64,000 nucleotides of DNA, taken from assembly GCA_019058295.1 (NCBI GenBank), contig JAHPZI010000021.1, forward strand, positions 128,001 through 192,000. The letters run 5' to 3'. Position 1 is the stretch's first letter; each line of letters begins with the position of its first letter. This document shows positions 1 to 8,200 of this stretch, one piece after another. Source of the DNA: Promethearchaeota archaeon. GTDB taxonomy: Archaea > Asgardarchaeota > Lokiarchaeia > Sigyniarchaeales > SOKP01. Under the pieces are notes generated by a model. The model was not told the DNA's origin. It was given only the letters and a program-made list of their open reading frames with translations, and made no database searches. Made by a program: the position numbers and the translations under genes.

Positions 1-968
1 ATCCCTTTATTATCGATTAAAAAACATGAATGAAACGCCCCATTATCAGATAATTCTTGTAAGATTTCCTGAAGAATTCCTGCTTTTCCTTTTTTCTGCT
101 CCTCTTTTTCTTTAATTTTGTCTTGATCCTCTATTAACTCAGAATAAACGTTTATATTCTTTTGATAGGCAGTTTTTTCTAATTCAGCTTTTCCAATTTC
201 AAATTCTAACTTTTCCTTATCGAATTCAATTTTATTCTTCTCAAAATCATATTTATTTTTTTCTAACATCAATTGAATTTTTCTAATTTGCTTCTCTCTT
301 TCTTCGAGATCAATTTTTTTTTGTTCTAATTGCTTATTTATTTCTATAAAATGTTCTCTAGCCTCCTTTATTTTGTCACTTCGGCCTTTAAAATCAATCT
401 TAACATCTTCTAATTCTTTATTTTTTTGCTCAAATTCTTTTATTGATGTTTCAAATTCAATTCTTTTTTCTATTAATTCTTGGTTTCTATCTTCATATCT
501 CTGTATTGATTCTTCTAATTTATTATATCTATTATTATAATCGTCGATTTTCTCATTTAATTCTTTTAATTTGTTTTCGTAAAAGGTTTTTAGATTTTCT
601 TCCTCTTTGGTTAAGCTAATTTCTTTTGTTTCTAATTTTTTTTTATTTGTTTTAGAGTTTTTTGTTTCTAATTTTTTTTTATTTGTTTTAGAGTCTTTTG
701 TTTCCAATTTTTTTTTATTTGCTTTAGAGTGTTCTGTTTTTACTTTATTAGTTTCTGATGAGATTAGATTACTACTTACTTTTAGGGTTTCATCTTCTAT
801 ATTTTCCTTTATAATATCTGTATAAACCTCATCAATAACTTTTTTTACATCAGCATTAATATTTTCATCTTTAAGAAATTCTTCTTTTGTTTTAGATATA
901 TGTGATACATCATCCGTGAGACTTTTCTCATGGGCATTAATTTGTTTTTCATTATCTTTAATTGGCAT
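1..968 (-). CDS. Coiled-coil protein with a C-terminal Roadblock/LC7-like domain (partial, runs off the window start; not in ORF track)
   Basis: Manual translation from ATG at 968 (MPIKDNEKQ...) is open to position 1. Long E/K-rich heptad region, then ILQEILQELSDNGAFHSCFLIDNKG, matching the Roadblock N-terminal pattern of neighbouring genes. Confidence 0.75.
   Translation of the reverse strand, partial: MPIKDNEKQINAHEKSLTDDVSHISKTKEEFLKDENINADVKKVIDEVYTDIIKENIEDETLKVSSNLISSETNKVKTEHSKANKKKLETKDSKTNKKKLETKNSKTNKKKLETKEISLTKEEENLKTFYENKLKELNEKIDDYNNRYNKLEESIQRYEDRNQELIEKRIEFETSIKEFEQKNKELEDVKIDFKGRSDKIKEAREHFIEINKQLEQKKIDLEEREKQIRKIQLMLEKNKYDFEKNKIEFDKEKLEFEIGKAELEKTAYQKNINVYSELIEDQDKIKEKEEQKKGKAGILQEILQELSDNGAFHSCFLIDNKG
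624..730. repeat. Three tandem copies of a 36-bp coding repeat (SK[A/T]NKKKLETK[D/N/E])
   Basis: Unit beginning ttttgttt recurs at 624, 660 and 696, in frame within the minus-strand CDS. Confidence 0.9.
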
Positions 969-1020
969 TTTTAATCAAAAATTTGATATGTTATTAATTA
1001 TCCAGTATATTACTTTGACC

Positions 1021-1473
1021 TCATAATAGTGAGCCTAAACTTTCAAAGAGCTCCTCTTTAGAAGTTTCTTCTTTGAAATAGTTTTTAATCTCATCAATAA
1101 TTTTATTTGTTTCAAATTGAATTAATCCAAAATTAATCTTTTTAGAAAATATTACTTGAATAAGTACGTTTGAAAATACTCTTGTTATTAATATTGAAAA
1201 ATCTGCATCAAGGCTTTTGTCCATACCGGCATCAATCTTTATTTGTTCGAGCATTTTATTTTTATTGATTATTTCTATACCTCTTTCTGCCATTGATAAA
1301 ATACTTGCTGAGATCGCAGCAAAATTAATATTCATTTCCTCATATTGGTCGTTTTGTTCACTATTTGAAGCTATTACTAAACCATCTTCAGTAATTAAAG
1401 TTGAACTTTTAACGCCAGTATTTAAAATAAAATCATCTAAAAGATTTATTAATTTAATTCTAATATCTGACAT
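1021..1473 (-). CDS. Roadblock/LC7 (MglB-like) protein
   Basis: GVKSSTLITEDGLVIAS...FAAISASILSMAE pattern; paralogous to 3473-3925. Confidence 0.85.
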   Translation of the reverse strand: MSDIRIKLINLLDDFILNTGVKSSTLITEDGLVIASNSEQNDQYEEMNINFAAISASILSMAERGIEIINKNKMLEQIKIDAGMDKSLDADFSILITRVFSNVLIQVIFSKKINFGLIQFETNKIIDEIKNYFKEETSKEELFESLGSLL

Positions 1474-1556
1474 ATAACATCCTGTTTTTCTTTGTCAATA
1501 TTTTACTTTTTTAGCTTTAATTGTAAATAAAAAAAAAAAAATAATAATTAAATTCT

Positions 1557-1922
1557 TTAACCTAAAACCATTTTGATTTTATCCAGAGCAGCATTTATCT
1601 CGAAATCTATTAGTCCTATTTTGGCATCTGAGGGAGCTAATGCAATTAGAGCTGCTTGCGCTAATTGATGGACAACAATAAGATTATCCTTACCACTAAT
1701 TACATGTGAACTCACTTTACCTGATTTTAAAGTATCCGCAACCCTTGACCCAACTGATGTTAAAGCTGCAGTCATGGCAGCTATTCCACGCTCATCCATA
1801 TCTTTATGTAAAGCGCTTGCCATCATCTGACCTTTCAAAGATATAACTGCACTGTTTGATACTTCGGAATTCTTTTCTAAATCATATAATATGTCTTTAA
1901 TTTTTTCTGATCGAGCACTCAT
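1557..1922 (-). CDS. Roadblock/LC7 (MglB-like) protein
   Basis: SAVISLKGQMMAS...IAAMTAALTSVG...AKIGLI; GAGGT SD upstream. Confidence 0.9.
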   Translation of the reverse strand: MSARSEKIKDILYDLEKNSEVSNSAVISLKGQMMASALHKDMDERGIAAMTAALTSVGSRVADTLKSGKVSSHVISGKDNLIVVHQLAQAALIALAPSDAKIGLIDFEINAALDKIKMVLG

Positions 1923-1940
1923 TTATATTTACCTCTTTTT

Positions 1941-2066
1941 TTATTTTTTATCATAAAATTCACAAGTGTCCTTTTCCTTCGCTGTAACAAAAATTTTCTT
2001 TTTCTCACACCAGACTAATCCATCGGAATTTTCATCTCCTGCAAATTTACAATCACTTTTTGCCAC
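1941..2066 (-). CDS. 41-aa Cys-rich microprotein (MAKSDCKFAGDENSDGLVWCEKKKIFVTAKEKDTCEFYDKK); not in ORF track
   Basis: GTG start at 2066 after a GGGTGA SD that overlaps the upstream stop; TAA at 1943-1941. Fills the operon gap and aligns with the C-terminus of 4062-5525. Confidence 0.8.
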   Translation of the reverse strand: MAKSDCKFAGDENSDGLVWCEKKKIFVTAKEKDTCEFYDKK

Positions 2067-2072
2067 TTTAAC

Positions 2073-2549
2073 TCACCCCTCTAAATTTATCGTGAAAATT
2101 GTTGTATTTTCTTCTGGTTTCCACTCAGCTTTTTCAACTGATCCTGTTTTTCCGGTATTTTTTTCAATAGCACCATATAAAATAGCTACCATTGGACAGG
2201 GAGGAATATAATTGATATCATTGCCTCTAAGAACTTTTGTAATTGGTGCTAAAACACATTCTCCAAGATCAAGAACGACTTTACTATCACTAACCTCAAT
2301 AATGTTTGCTCTTTGACAAAAGCCAACTTCTTTAATCTTTTTAGTAAAATCTTCTGTAATAGATTTAACATCTGATCCTCCGACCTCTAATCCGACATCC
2401 TTCATTAAACCTTTAACACCATCTGAATGAAACATCTCTGCCATTTCATTTTGAATCAGTGGAATATTTAATCCCATTTTTAATAAGGAATTCACTGCTA
2501 CACCAAAACTAATGTTTGTAAATGTCAATAAATCTTTAAATTCTGTCAT
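2073..2549 (-). CDS. V4R/Bet3-like fold ligand- or metal-binding protein
   Basis: 158 aa; GFC...LGECVL...PPCPM Cys pattern and terminal beta strands (TTIFTINL) resemble V4R/MetOD1-type domains. Confidence 0.55.
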   Translation of the reverse strand: MTEFKDLLTFTNISFGVAVNSLLKMGLNIPLIQNEMAEMFHSDGVKGLMKDVGLEVGGSDVKSITEDFTKKIKEVGFCQRANIIEVSDSKVVLDLGECVLAPITKVLRGNDINYIPPCPMVAILYGAIEKNTGKTGSVEKAEWKPEENTTIFTINLEG

Positions 2550-2641
2550 ACTTTTTCATCTCTTTTTTTTTTTTATTATTATTTTTTTTAAAGAAAACTA
2601 TTTTTTTAGTAGATTTTTTTATGAAAAGTAAATGTTATAAG

Positions 2642-2712
2642 TTATATTTAAATCTTTTTATAAAGAAAGTTTTTGTCACTTTGTGGTTCCATATAAAAAG
2701 ATTTAAATATAA
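2642..2712. promoter_or_regulatory. Perfect 21-bp inverted repeat forming mirrored BRE-TATA promoters for divergent operons
   Basis: ttatatttaaatctttttata (2642-2662) is the exact reverse complement of tataaaaagatttaaatataa (2692-2712). Each arm reads purine-rich AAAAAGA + TTTAAATA outward. Confidence 0.7.
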
Positions 2713-2829
2713 GAAGAAAATTATATTTATGTCAGAAAAAATTATATAGAAAATGATATTTTTTTATATTTTATAAAAAGGTATCCATTTTTTAGAAAAT
2801 TATGAAGAAAAAATGAGGAGAGTTTAAAA

Positions 2830-3471
2830 ATTAGTGAAAAAAGTATAAAAATTTTCGTGACTGGATTTTTTAATTCGGGAAAAAGTACTTTAGTACATAC
2901 GATTGACGACAAAGCTATCCATGTAGAAAAGGAATTAAGCAAAACATTTAATGAAGAAAAAACAACAACTACTACTGGTTTTGATTTGGGAAGACTAGTT
3001 TGGGCTCGTCCAAACTTAAATAACGAAACTGAAGGGGTAATTATGAGTAAGACAGAGTATTTAAGAGATAAAGATGAATATTTGGGATGGCATATAAAAT
3101 ATGTCGAGTTAAAAGGCAGTCCTGGCCAAATGCAATTTTCTACTGTCCGTAAAATTCTAGCAAAGGGAAGCGACGGTGTGATCTTTTTAATTGATGGATG
3201 TGATTTAGCGAATATTGGCAATGCGTTAGTCGTTTTGGAAGAAATCAAAGCAGTTCTAGGTTCAAATATACCAATGCGAATAATTGCTAATAAATCTGAT
3301 AGGGATGACTTTCATGGATGTGAGGTTATTACAAGTATGATTGGTGAAACAGTATATGTGGGTTCTGGTAAATATAATGTAGGTATAAAAGATGCAATTA
3401 TTGAAGTACTTAAGACAATTTTATATGGTTTAGACCAAAATAAAATTTCAAAAGAGAGTGTGGTAGCTTAA
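2830..3471 (+). CDS. MglA/CvnD-like small GTPase
   Basis: G1 GFFNSGKST, G2 TTTGFDLG, G3 GSPGQ, G4 NKSD. Proposed ATT start at 2830 (SEKSIKIFVTG) after a GAGGAG SD; track start 2857 truncates strand beta1. Confidence 0.85.
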   Translation: MSEKSIKIFVTGFFNSGKSTLVHTIDDKAIHVEKELSKTFNEEKTTTTTGFDLGRLVWARPNLNNETEGVIMSKTEYLRDKDEYLGWHIKYVELKGSPGQMQFSTVRKILAKGSDGVIFLIDGCDLANIGNALVVLEEIKAVLGSNIPMRIIANKSDRDDFHGCEVITSMIGETVYVGSGKYNVGIKDAIIEVLKTILYGLDQNKISKESVVA

Positions 3472-3472
3472 A

Positions 3473-3925
3473 ATGGCTAACTTAAAAGAAAAACAAATTG
3501 TACAGATTCTGAAAGATTTTAGAGGAAGGACAAACATTCTATGTTCTATTTTACTCAATGAAGATGGTTTGATTATTGCATTAGATCAAGCTCAAATGAA
3601 CGAAGATGATGAGTATCATTTATCTTTCAGTGCAATTTGCTCTGGTATTGTTGCATTAGCAGAAAATGGTATTGAAACGATAAAAGAGGAAAATAATGTT
3701 AAAAAAATATCAATTCAAGCGGGAGAACAATTAGATAAGGAGGGATTTACAATTATTCTTCAATCGGTCACAAAAAATATTAAACTATCGATAATGTTTC
3801 CAACGTACTTGAATTTCGGTGTAATTCTTTTTGAATTAAATCAAACAATTCAAAGATTATCGGAGTATTTTTCAATTCCTGAACAAATCAAAAATCTCGA
3901 TGGTGTCAGTACATTAATGCAATAA
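3473..3925 (+). CDS. Roadblock/LC7 (MglB-like) protein
   Basis: ILCSILLNEDGLIIA...FSAICSGIVALAE; translationally coupled to the GTPase (TAA-A-ATG). Confidence 0.85.
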   Translation: MANLKEKQIVQILKDFRGRTNILCSILLNEDGLIIALDQAQMNEDDEYHLSFSAICSGIVALAENGIETIKEENNVKKISIQAGEQLDKEGFTIILQSVTKNIKLSIMFPTYLNFGVILFELNQTIQRLSEYFSIPEQIKNLDGVSTLMQ

Positions 3926-4061
3926 ATTAAAAGATTTATCACTTTAAAAAAAAGTTATTTGTAAAATTAAGGATTACAAACCAAAAGCAAATGTCTCAAG
4001 TTCAATTTATAATTGAAAATTATGAAAAAGATTTTATGAAACTCAGTAGAGAGGTTTTCTC

Positions 4062-5525
4062 GTGGTAATACGTCAATGTATCGTTAATAATATTAATGAA
4101 AAGAATATAAATAAATTTCTGATAGAGAGATTAAACCATAATAATCCTTTAGTACGAAGAAATGCTGCCTTAGAAATAGAAAATCAAGGTATCTTAATCG
4201 CAATTACTCCATTATTAAGTACATATTTTCCTGGATCTTCATATATAATTCCTCGTATAATCGGAAAAATAGGGAAGAAAAATATAAAACTCTTACTTAA
4301 AATTGCAATGAATAATTATAATGGAACGAGAATGCGGCAATATGCTATTGAAGGATTAGGAAAAATTGGAGATAAAAAGATACTAAATAATTTATACTTA
4401 CTTTTAAAGAGTGATGATGTTTATATTAGGAAAAGTTGTATATTAGCACTGGGAGACATTAGGGATAAAAATTCTGCTGGAAAGTTATTATATTTATTAG
4501 ATATAGAAGTTGATTGGATTAAACCCTATATTATTTGGTCACTTGGAAAATTAGGTGATTTAAATTGTTTAAATAAACTAATTGAAATGTTATCCATAAA
4601 AAATTTAAATTTCATCACTAAGAAAATAATTATTAAAGCATTAGGATGGATTGGAGATAAAAGAGCGGTAAAAAAGCTCATTGAACTTTTAAATGAAAAA
4701 AATTCAGGTTTAGAGGATTATATTCTATTTGCTTTGGAAAACATAGGTGATACAAAAGTATTACCAATTTTAATAAAAAATTACTTGAAACCTATATGGT
4801 TTTTAAAGGAACACAATAAATGCATAATAAATAAGTTATCTCCTCAATGGAGAAATTTATTAAACAATTATGATTTAAAAATTTACAATAGAGAAGACTT
4901 ACCTCCACATTTTTATACAAACATCAATAATGAGGATGATTGGTTTTATGGTTGTTTAAACAAATCTCATTACATCTTAAATTCTCAGAAAAAAATCATT
5001 GGTTGTTTAAATTTAATTTATTTAATAAATTATGAGAAAGTTATTCTTTTTTATATGGATACAATTGAAATAAAAGAAGAATTTCGCCGTCAAAAGATAG
5101 GAACAGAATTAGTTAATCAAGTCATTAATGAAATTAAAAAGAAATTCGAGAGATTTAATATCTTTTTGTTAGTTGCAAAATGTAAGCAATATAAATTAAA
5201 ATTTTTTAGTACATTAGGATTTATACCTATAAAATTAAGAAAAACAGGGGTAGGTGCACATTGTATCATGAGTTATCCATTTACAGAAGATTCAGAAAGA
5301 AATTGTAAAAGATTGTTTGAATATTTTTGTTGGAGAGAAGAAAAAAAGGAGATTATCTCATCAGATTGTAAATATGCGTATAATCCCAATCCAACTGGTC
5401 TATATTGGTGTAAAAAAAAAATGATTTATGTTACAGGGTTAGAAAAAAAAAAATGTCCATTCTATATTAAAGAAAAGGAAATAATTAGTGAGAAGAAATT
5501 TTTTGATTTAAAAGAGTTTTTCTGA
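4062..5525 (+). CDS. HEAT-repeat / GNAT acetyltransferase / Cys-rich domain fusion
   Basis: Repeated ALGxIGDxxA HEAT (PBS-lyase type) units; GNAT motif A IEIKEEFRRQKIGTEL and KFFSTLGF; C-terminal DCKY...WC...CPFY. Confidence 0.75.
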   Translation: MVIRQCIVNNINEKNINKFLIERLNHNNPLVRRNAALEIENQGILIAITPLLSTYFPGSSYIIPRIIGKIGKKNIKLLLKIAMNNYNGTRMRQYAIEGLGKIGDKKILNNLYLLLKSDDVYIRKSCILALGDIRDKNSAGKLLYLLDIEVDWIKPYIIWSLGKLGDLNCLNKLIEMLSIKNLNFITKKIIIKALGWIGDKRAVKKLIELLNEKNSGLEDYILFALENIGDTKVLPILIKNYLKPIWFLKEHNKCIINKLSPQWRNLLNNYDLKIYNREDLPPHFYTNINNEDDWFYGCLNKSHYILNSQKKIIGCLNLIYLINYEKVILFYMDTIEIKEEFRRQKIGTELVNQVINEIKKKFERFNIFLLVAKCKQYKLKFFSTLGFIPIKLRKTGVGAHCIMSYPFTEDSERNCKRLFEYFCWREEKKEIISSDCKYAYNPNPTGLYWCKKKMIYVTGLEKKKCPFYIKEKEIISEKKFFDLKEFF

Positions 5526-5600
5526 TAGATTTAGTTTGAAAAAAAGGGTCACTTTTGGTGGTTTAATATACTGAAGGAAGAAAGGATTAATTTTGAAAAT

Positions 5601-6254
5601 TTGGTAAATAACGTTAACATAGAATGCCCAATATGCAAGACAATGAAAGTGTTAAAAATTCCATTAAAAATTATAAATCAGAGTAAGCAACTTACTACTG
5701 TGTCTGTACCAATAGGATTAGTGTGCAAACATAATTTTCAAGCTTTCATAGATAAAAATTTTAAAGTGAGAGGATATCAAAAAGTTGATTTTCATTTTTC
5801 AAAAATGGAATTTTATGAGGGAGGCATCAACTCTACTATTTCTGACTTAGAAAATGAACAAAAAGTAGAAGAACAATTGATTCAGCTCAGTTCAAAGCCA
5901 ATATTTATTGAAATTTTAAAACTTTTAAGAACTTATGTAGATGATGAGGATATTTTAGGAAGTGCTCTCTTTACATTAGAAGGAAAGGTATTATATTCAT
6001 CCTTACCATTGATGACATTAAATAATATAATTAGAGAATTTGAAATTAGAAATCAGAAGGAATTAATTCAAGTAGAAAAACTTTTTCTGGTTTTAACTAA
6101 TAAACAGAAAATATTCTCGCAATTTCTTGAGATTAGGGGTTATTCTCTTATTATAACTTTAATTTTTTCAAAAAAAATTCAATTAGGTATGGGAGATTTA
6201 CACTTAAGGGAATTAATAAAAAAAATATTAAAAATTAATCCATGTATGAATTAA
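5601..6254 (+). CDS. Zn-binding N-terminal domain plus Roadblock/profilin-like C-terminal domain
   Basis: CPIC...VCKHNFQAFIDKNFKVRGYQKVD (shared with 40161-40700); C-terminal ILGSALFTLEGKVLYSS. Confidence 0.6.
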   Translation: MVNNVNIECPICKTMKVLKIPLKIINQSKQLTTVSVPIGLVCKHNFQAFIDKNFKVRGYQKVDFHFSKMEFYEGGINSTISDLENEQKVEEQLIQLSSKPIFIEILKLLRTYVDDEDILGSALFTLEGKVLYSSLPLMTLNNIIREFEIRNQKELIQVEKLFLVLTNKQKIFSQFLEIRGYSLIITLIFSKKIQLGMGDLHLRELIKKILKINPCMN

Positions 6255-6324
6255 TAAACGAGGGAAAGAAGATATATTAAATCAAATAGAGCTATTAAAT
6301 GGATAAAAATGAAATGATAATAAA

Positions 6325-8160
6325 ATGGAAAGCAAATTAAATCAAGAAAATCAATATTTAAAATCTATTTTTGACTCAATTTTCGATGAAATAATGATTC
6401 TTGATAGAAACTACCAAATATTAGATGTGAATAAGACATTCTGCGATAAATATAATGTTTCAAAAGAGGATGCTATAGGATCAAAATGTTATAACTTAAC
6501 ACATGGAATTAATATGGTTTGTAAACCACCTGAATGTATCTGCCCTGTAGAAAATGTTTTAAAAACAGGAGAATTCTGTGAATCAATTCATTCCCATCAT
6601 ATAGATGGAGATATAAAATATATAGAACTATTAGCTTTTCCAATTAAGGTTAATGGTGGTTCTATTGAGCAAATTGTAAAAATTGGAAGAGATATTACAG
6701 ATAAGATCAAAGCAAAAAATATATTAAAAGCTTCCGAAGATAAATTTCGAAATTTATTTGAAAAGTTACCTTTTTCAATATTCCTATTAGATTCAAATTA
6801 TAAGATCATTGAATGTAATAGCATATCAGAAATATATATGAATGAATCTAAAAATGAATTAATAGGTATGAATTTCATAAATCTTTTTTCAATCTCGAAA
6901 AAAAAGGTTAAAGAAATCAATGAGATTTTAACAAATGTCATTAAATTTGATTTAAGTGAAATTTTAGAATTGAAATTTATTAATTATAATGGGCAATTAG
7001 CTTGGGCGGAACTTTTCTTTTCATCTGTAATTCTAAGGAATGAAAAATATATCCAAATCATTTTACAAGATATTACTGAAAGAAAATTAATAGAAGATAT
7101 TATAAAGAAAGAGAACCAGAAATTAAGAGAATTAGATCAATTAAAAAAGCAATTAATGGCTCAATTATCAGAAAAATTGAAGTCTCCACTAAATAATATT
7201 TTTGATATTACTGAAATTCTTCTGAATTCCTACAGAGAACAATTGGATGATGAAATTATAGAACTTTTGGATATGATCAAAAAAGGAGGAGAAAGATCAA
7301 TTGATATGGTTGGAAAAATGCTTGAGATCTCAAAAATTGAGGCTGATAAGCTTGAACTTAACTTTCAAACAGAAAATTTATTTGAAATTATTAAGGATTC
7401 AGTGAAAGAAATTAATGATCAAATAAAAAATCAAAATATTATTCTAAATTTAAATCTTACAGAGGATTTGTACTCTGATATCGATAAAATTAGAATTAAA
7501 TATATAATTAAATACTTGTTAACAAGTATCATTAAAGCCAAATCCTTAAAAAAAGAAATAATTGTTTCATTGATTCAAAATAACCATAATGCTGAAATAT
7601 CAACTTCTTTTAGTGGTATTGGTATAAAAAAATTAAAATCTCTTTCTGAGTTGGAATTCTCAAGAGAAATCATTGATCTACATGGAGGCAATTTAATTAT
7701 TAATTCTGAAAGTAAGAAAAAGGAAACCAATATTGTAATAAAATTACCTCTAAAAAATTGGAAGGAATCTTTAATTCATATTTACATTATATATAGGTCT
7801 GGAATCCCACTATTCGATTATTCCTTTATTGAAAAGACTAAAGCTGACAATACTACTCTAATTTCAGGGAGCATTATTGGTATGATGACTCTTTTAAAGG
7901 CAATAATACATGGGAAAAAACAGATCAAAACAATTGATCATGGGGATAGGAAATTAATGTTTGAGATGAATAGCACTAATGATGTGTCTTTTATTCTATT
8001 AGTTAAAGAGGATTTACACATATTGAGAAAAAAATTGAATGATTTAATTGAAGTTTTCGATAAAAAATATAGATATTTAATCAAAAAAATAGATATGACT
8101 CATAGTATTAGTAATTTATGGGAAGAACTCCATGTACTTATTGAAAAATTTTTTGGATAA
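6325..8160 (+). CDS. PAS-PAS / degenerate histidine kinase / longin-like domain fusion
   Basis: Two PAS-PAC units (RDITD, QDITE). H-box reads LSEKLKSPL with no His; HATPase eroded. C-terminal IHIYIIYRSGIPLFDYSF...LISG...IKTIDHGDRKL. Confidence 0.7.
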   Translation: MESKLNQENQYLKSIFDSIFDEIMILDRNYQILDVNKTFCDKYNVSKEDAIGSKCYNLTHGINMVCKPPECICPVENVLKTGEFCESIHSHHIDGDIKYIELLAFPIKVNGGSIEQIVKIGRDITDKIKAKNILKASEDKFRNLFEKLPFSIFLLDSNYKIIECNSISEIYMNESKNELIGMNFINLFSISKKKVKEINEILTNVIKFDLSEILELKFINYNGQLAWAELFFSSVILRNEKYIQIILQDITERKLIEDIIKKENQKLRELDQLKKQLMAQLSEKLKSPLNNIFDITEILLNSYREQLDDEIIELLDMIKKGGERSIDMVGKMLEISKIEADKLELNFQTENLFEIIKDSVKEINDQIKNQNIILNLNLTEDLYSDIDKIRIKYIIKYLLTSIIKAKSLKKEIIVSLIQNNHNAEISTSFSGIGIKKLKSLSELEFSREIIDLHGGNLIINSESKKKETNIVIKLPLKNWKESLIHIYIIYRSGIPLFDYSFIEKTKADNTTLISGSIIGMMTLLKAIIHGKKQIKTIDHGDRKLMFEMNSTNDVSFILLVKEDLHILRKKLNDLIEVFDKKYRYLIKKIDMTHSISNLWEELHVLIEKFFG

Positions 8161-8200
8161 ATTAAAAAAAATATGTGTTATTGAGATTAAGGCAAAATAG

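Noticed and set aside
624-730. 36-bp repeats as a CRISPR array
   Set aside because: Head-to-tail with no spacers, in frame within a CDS, and no cas genes.
607-825. Plus-strand 72-aa ORF with FVSNFFLF repeats
   Set aside because: Antisense shadow of the 36-bp repeat in the real minus-strand gene.
1966-3248. Track ORFs 1966-2211 (+) and 2742-3248 (-)
   Set aside because: Antisense to the microprotein/V4R genes and the GTPase; no recognisable motifs.
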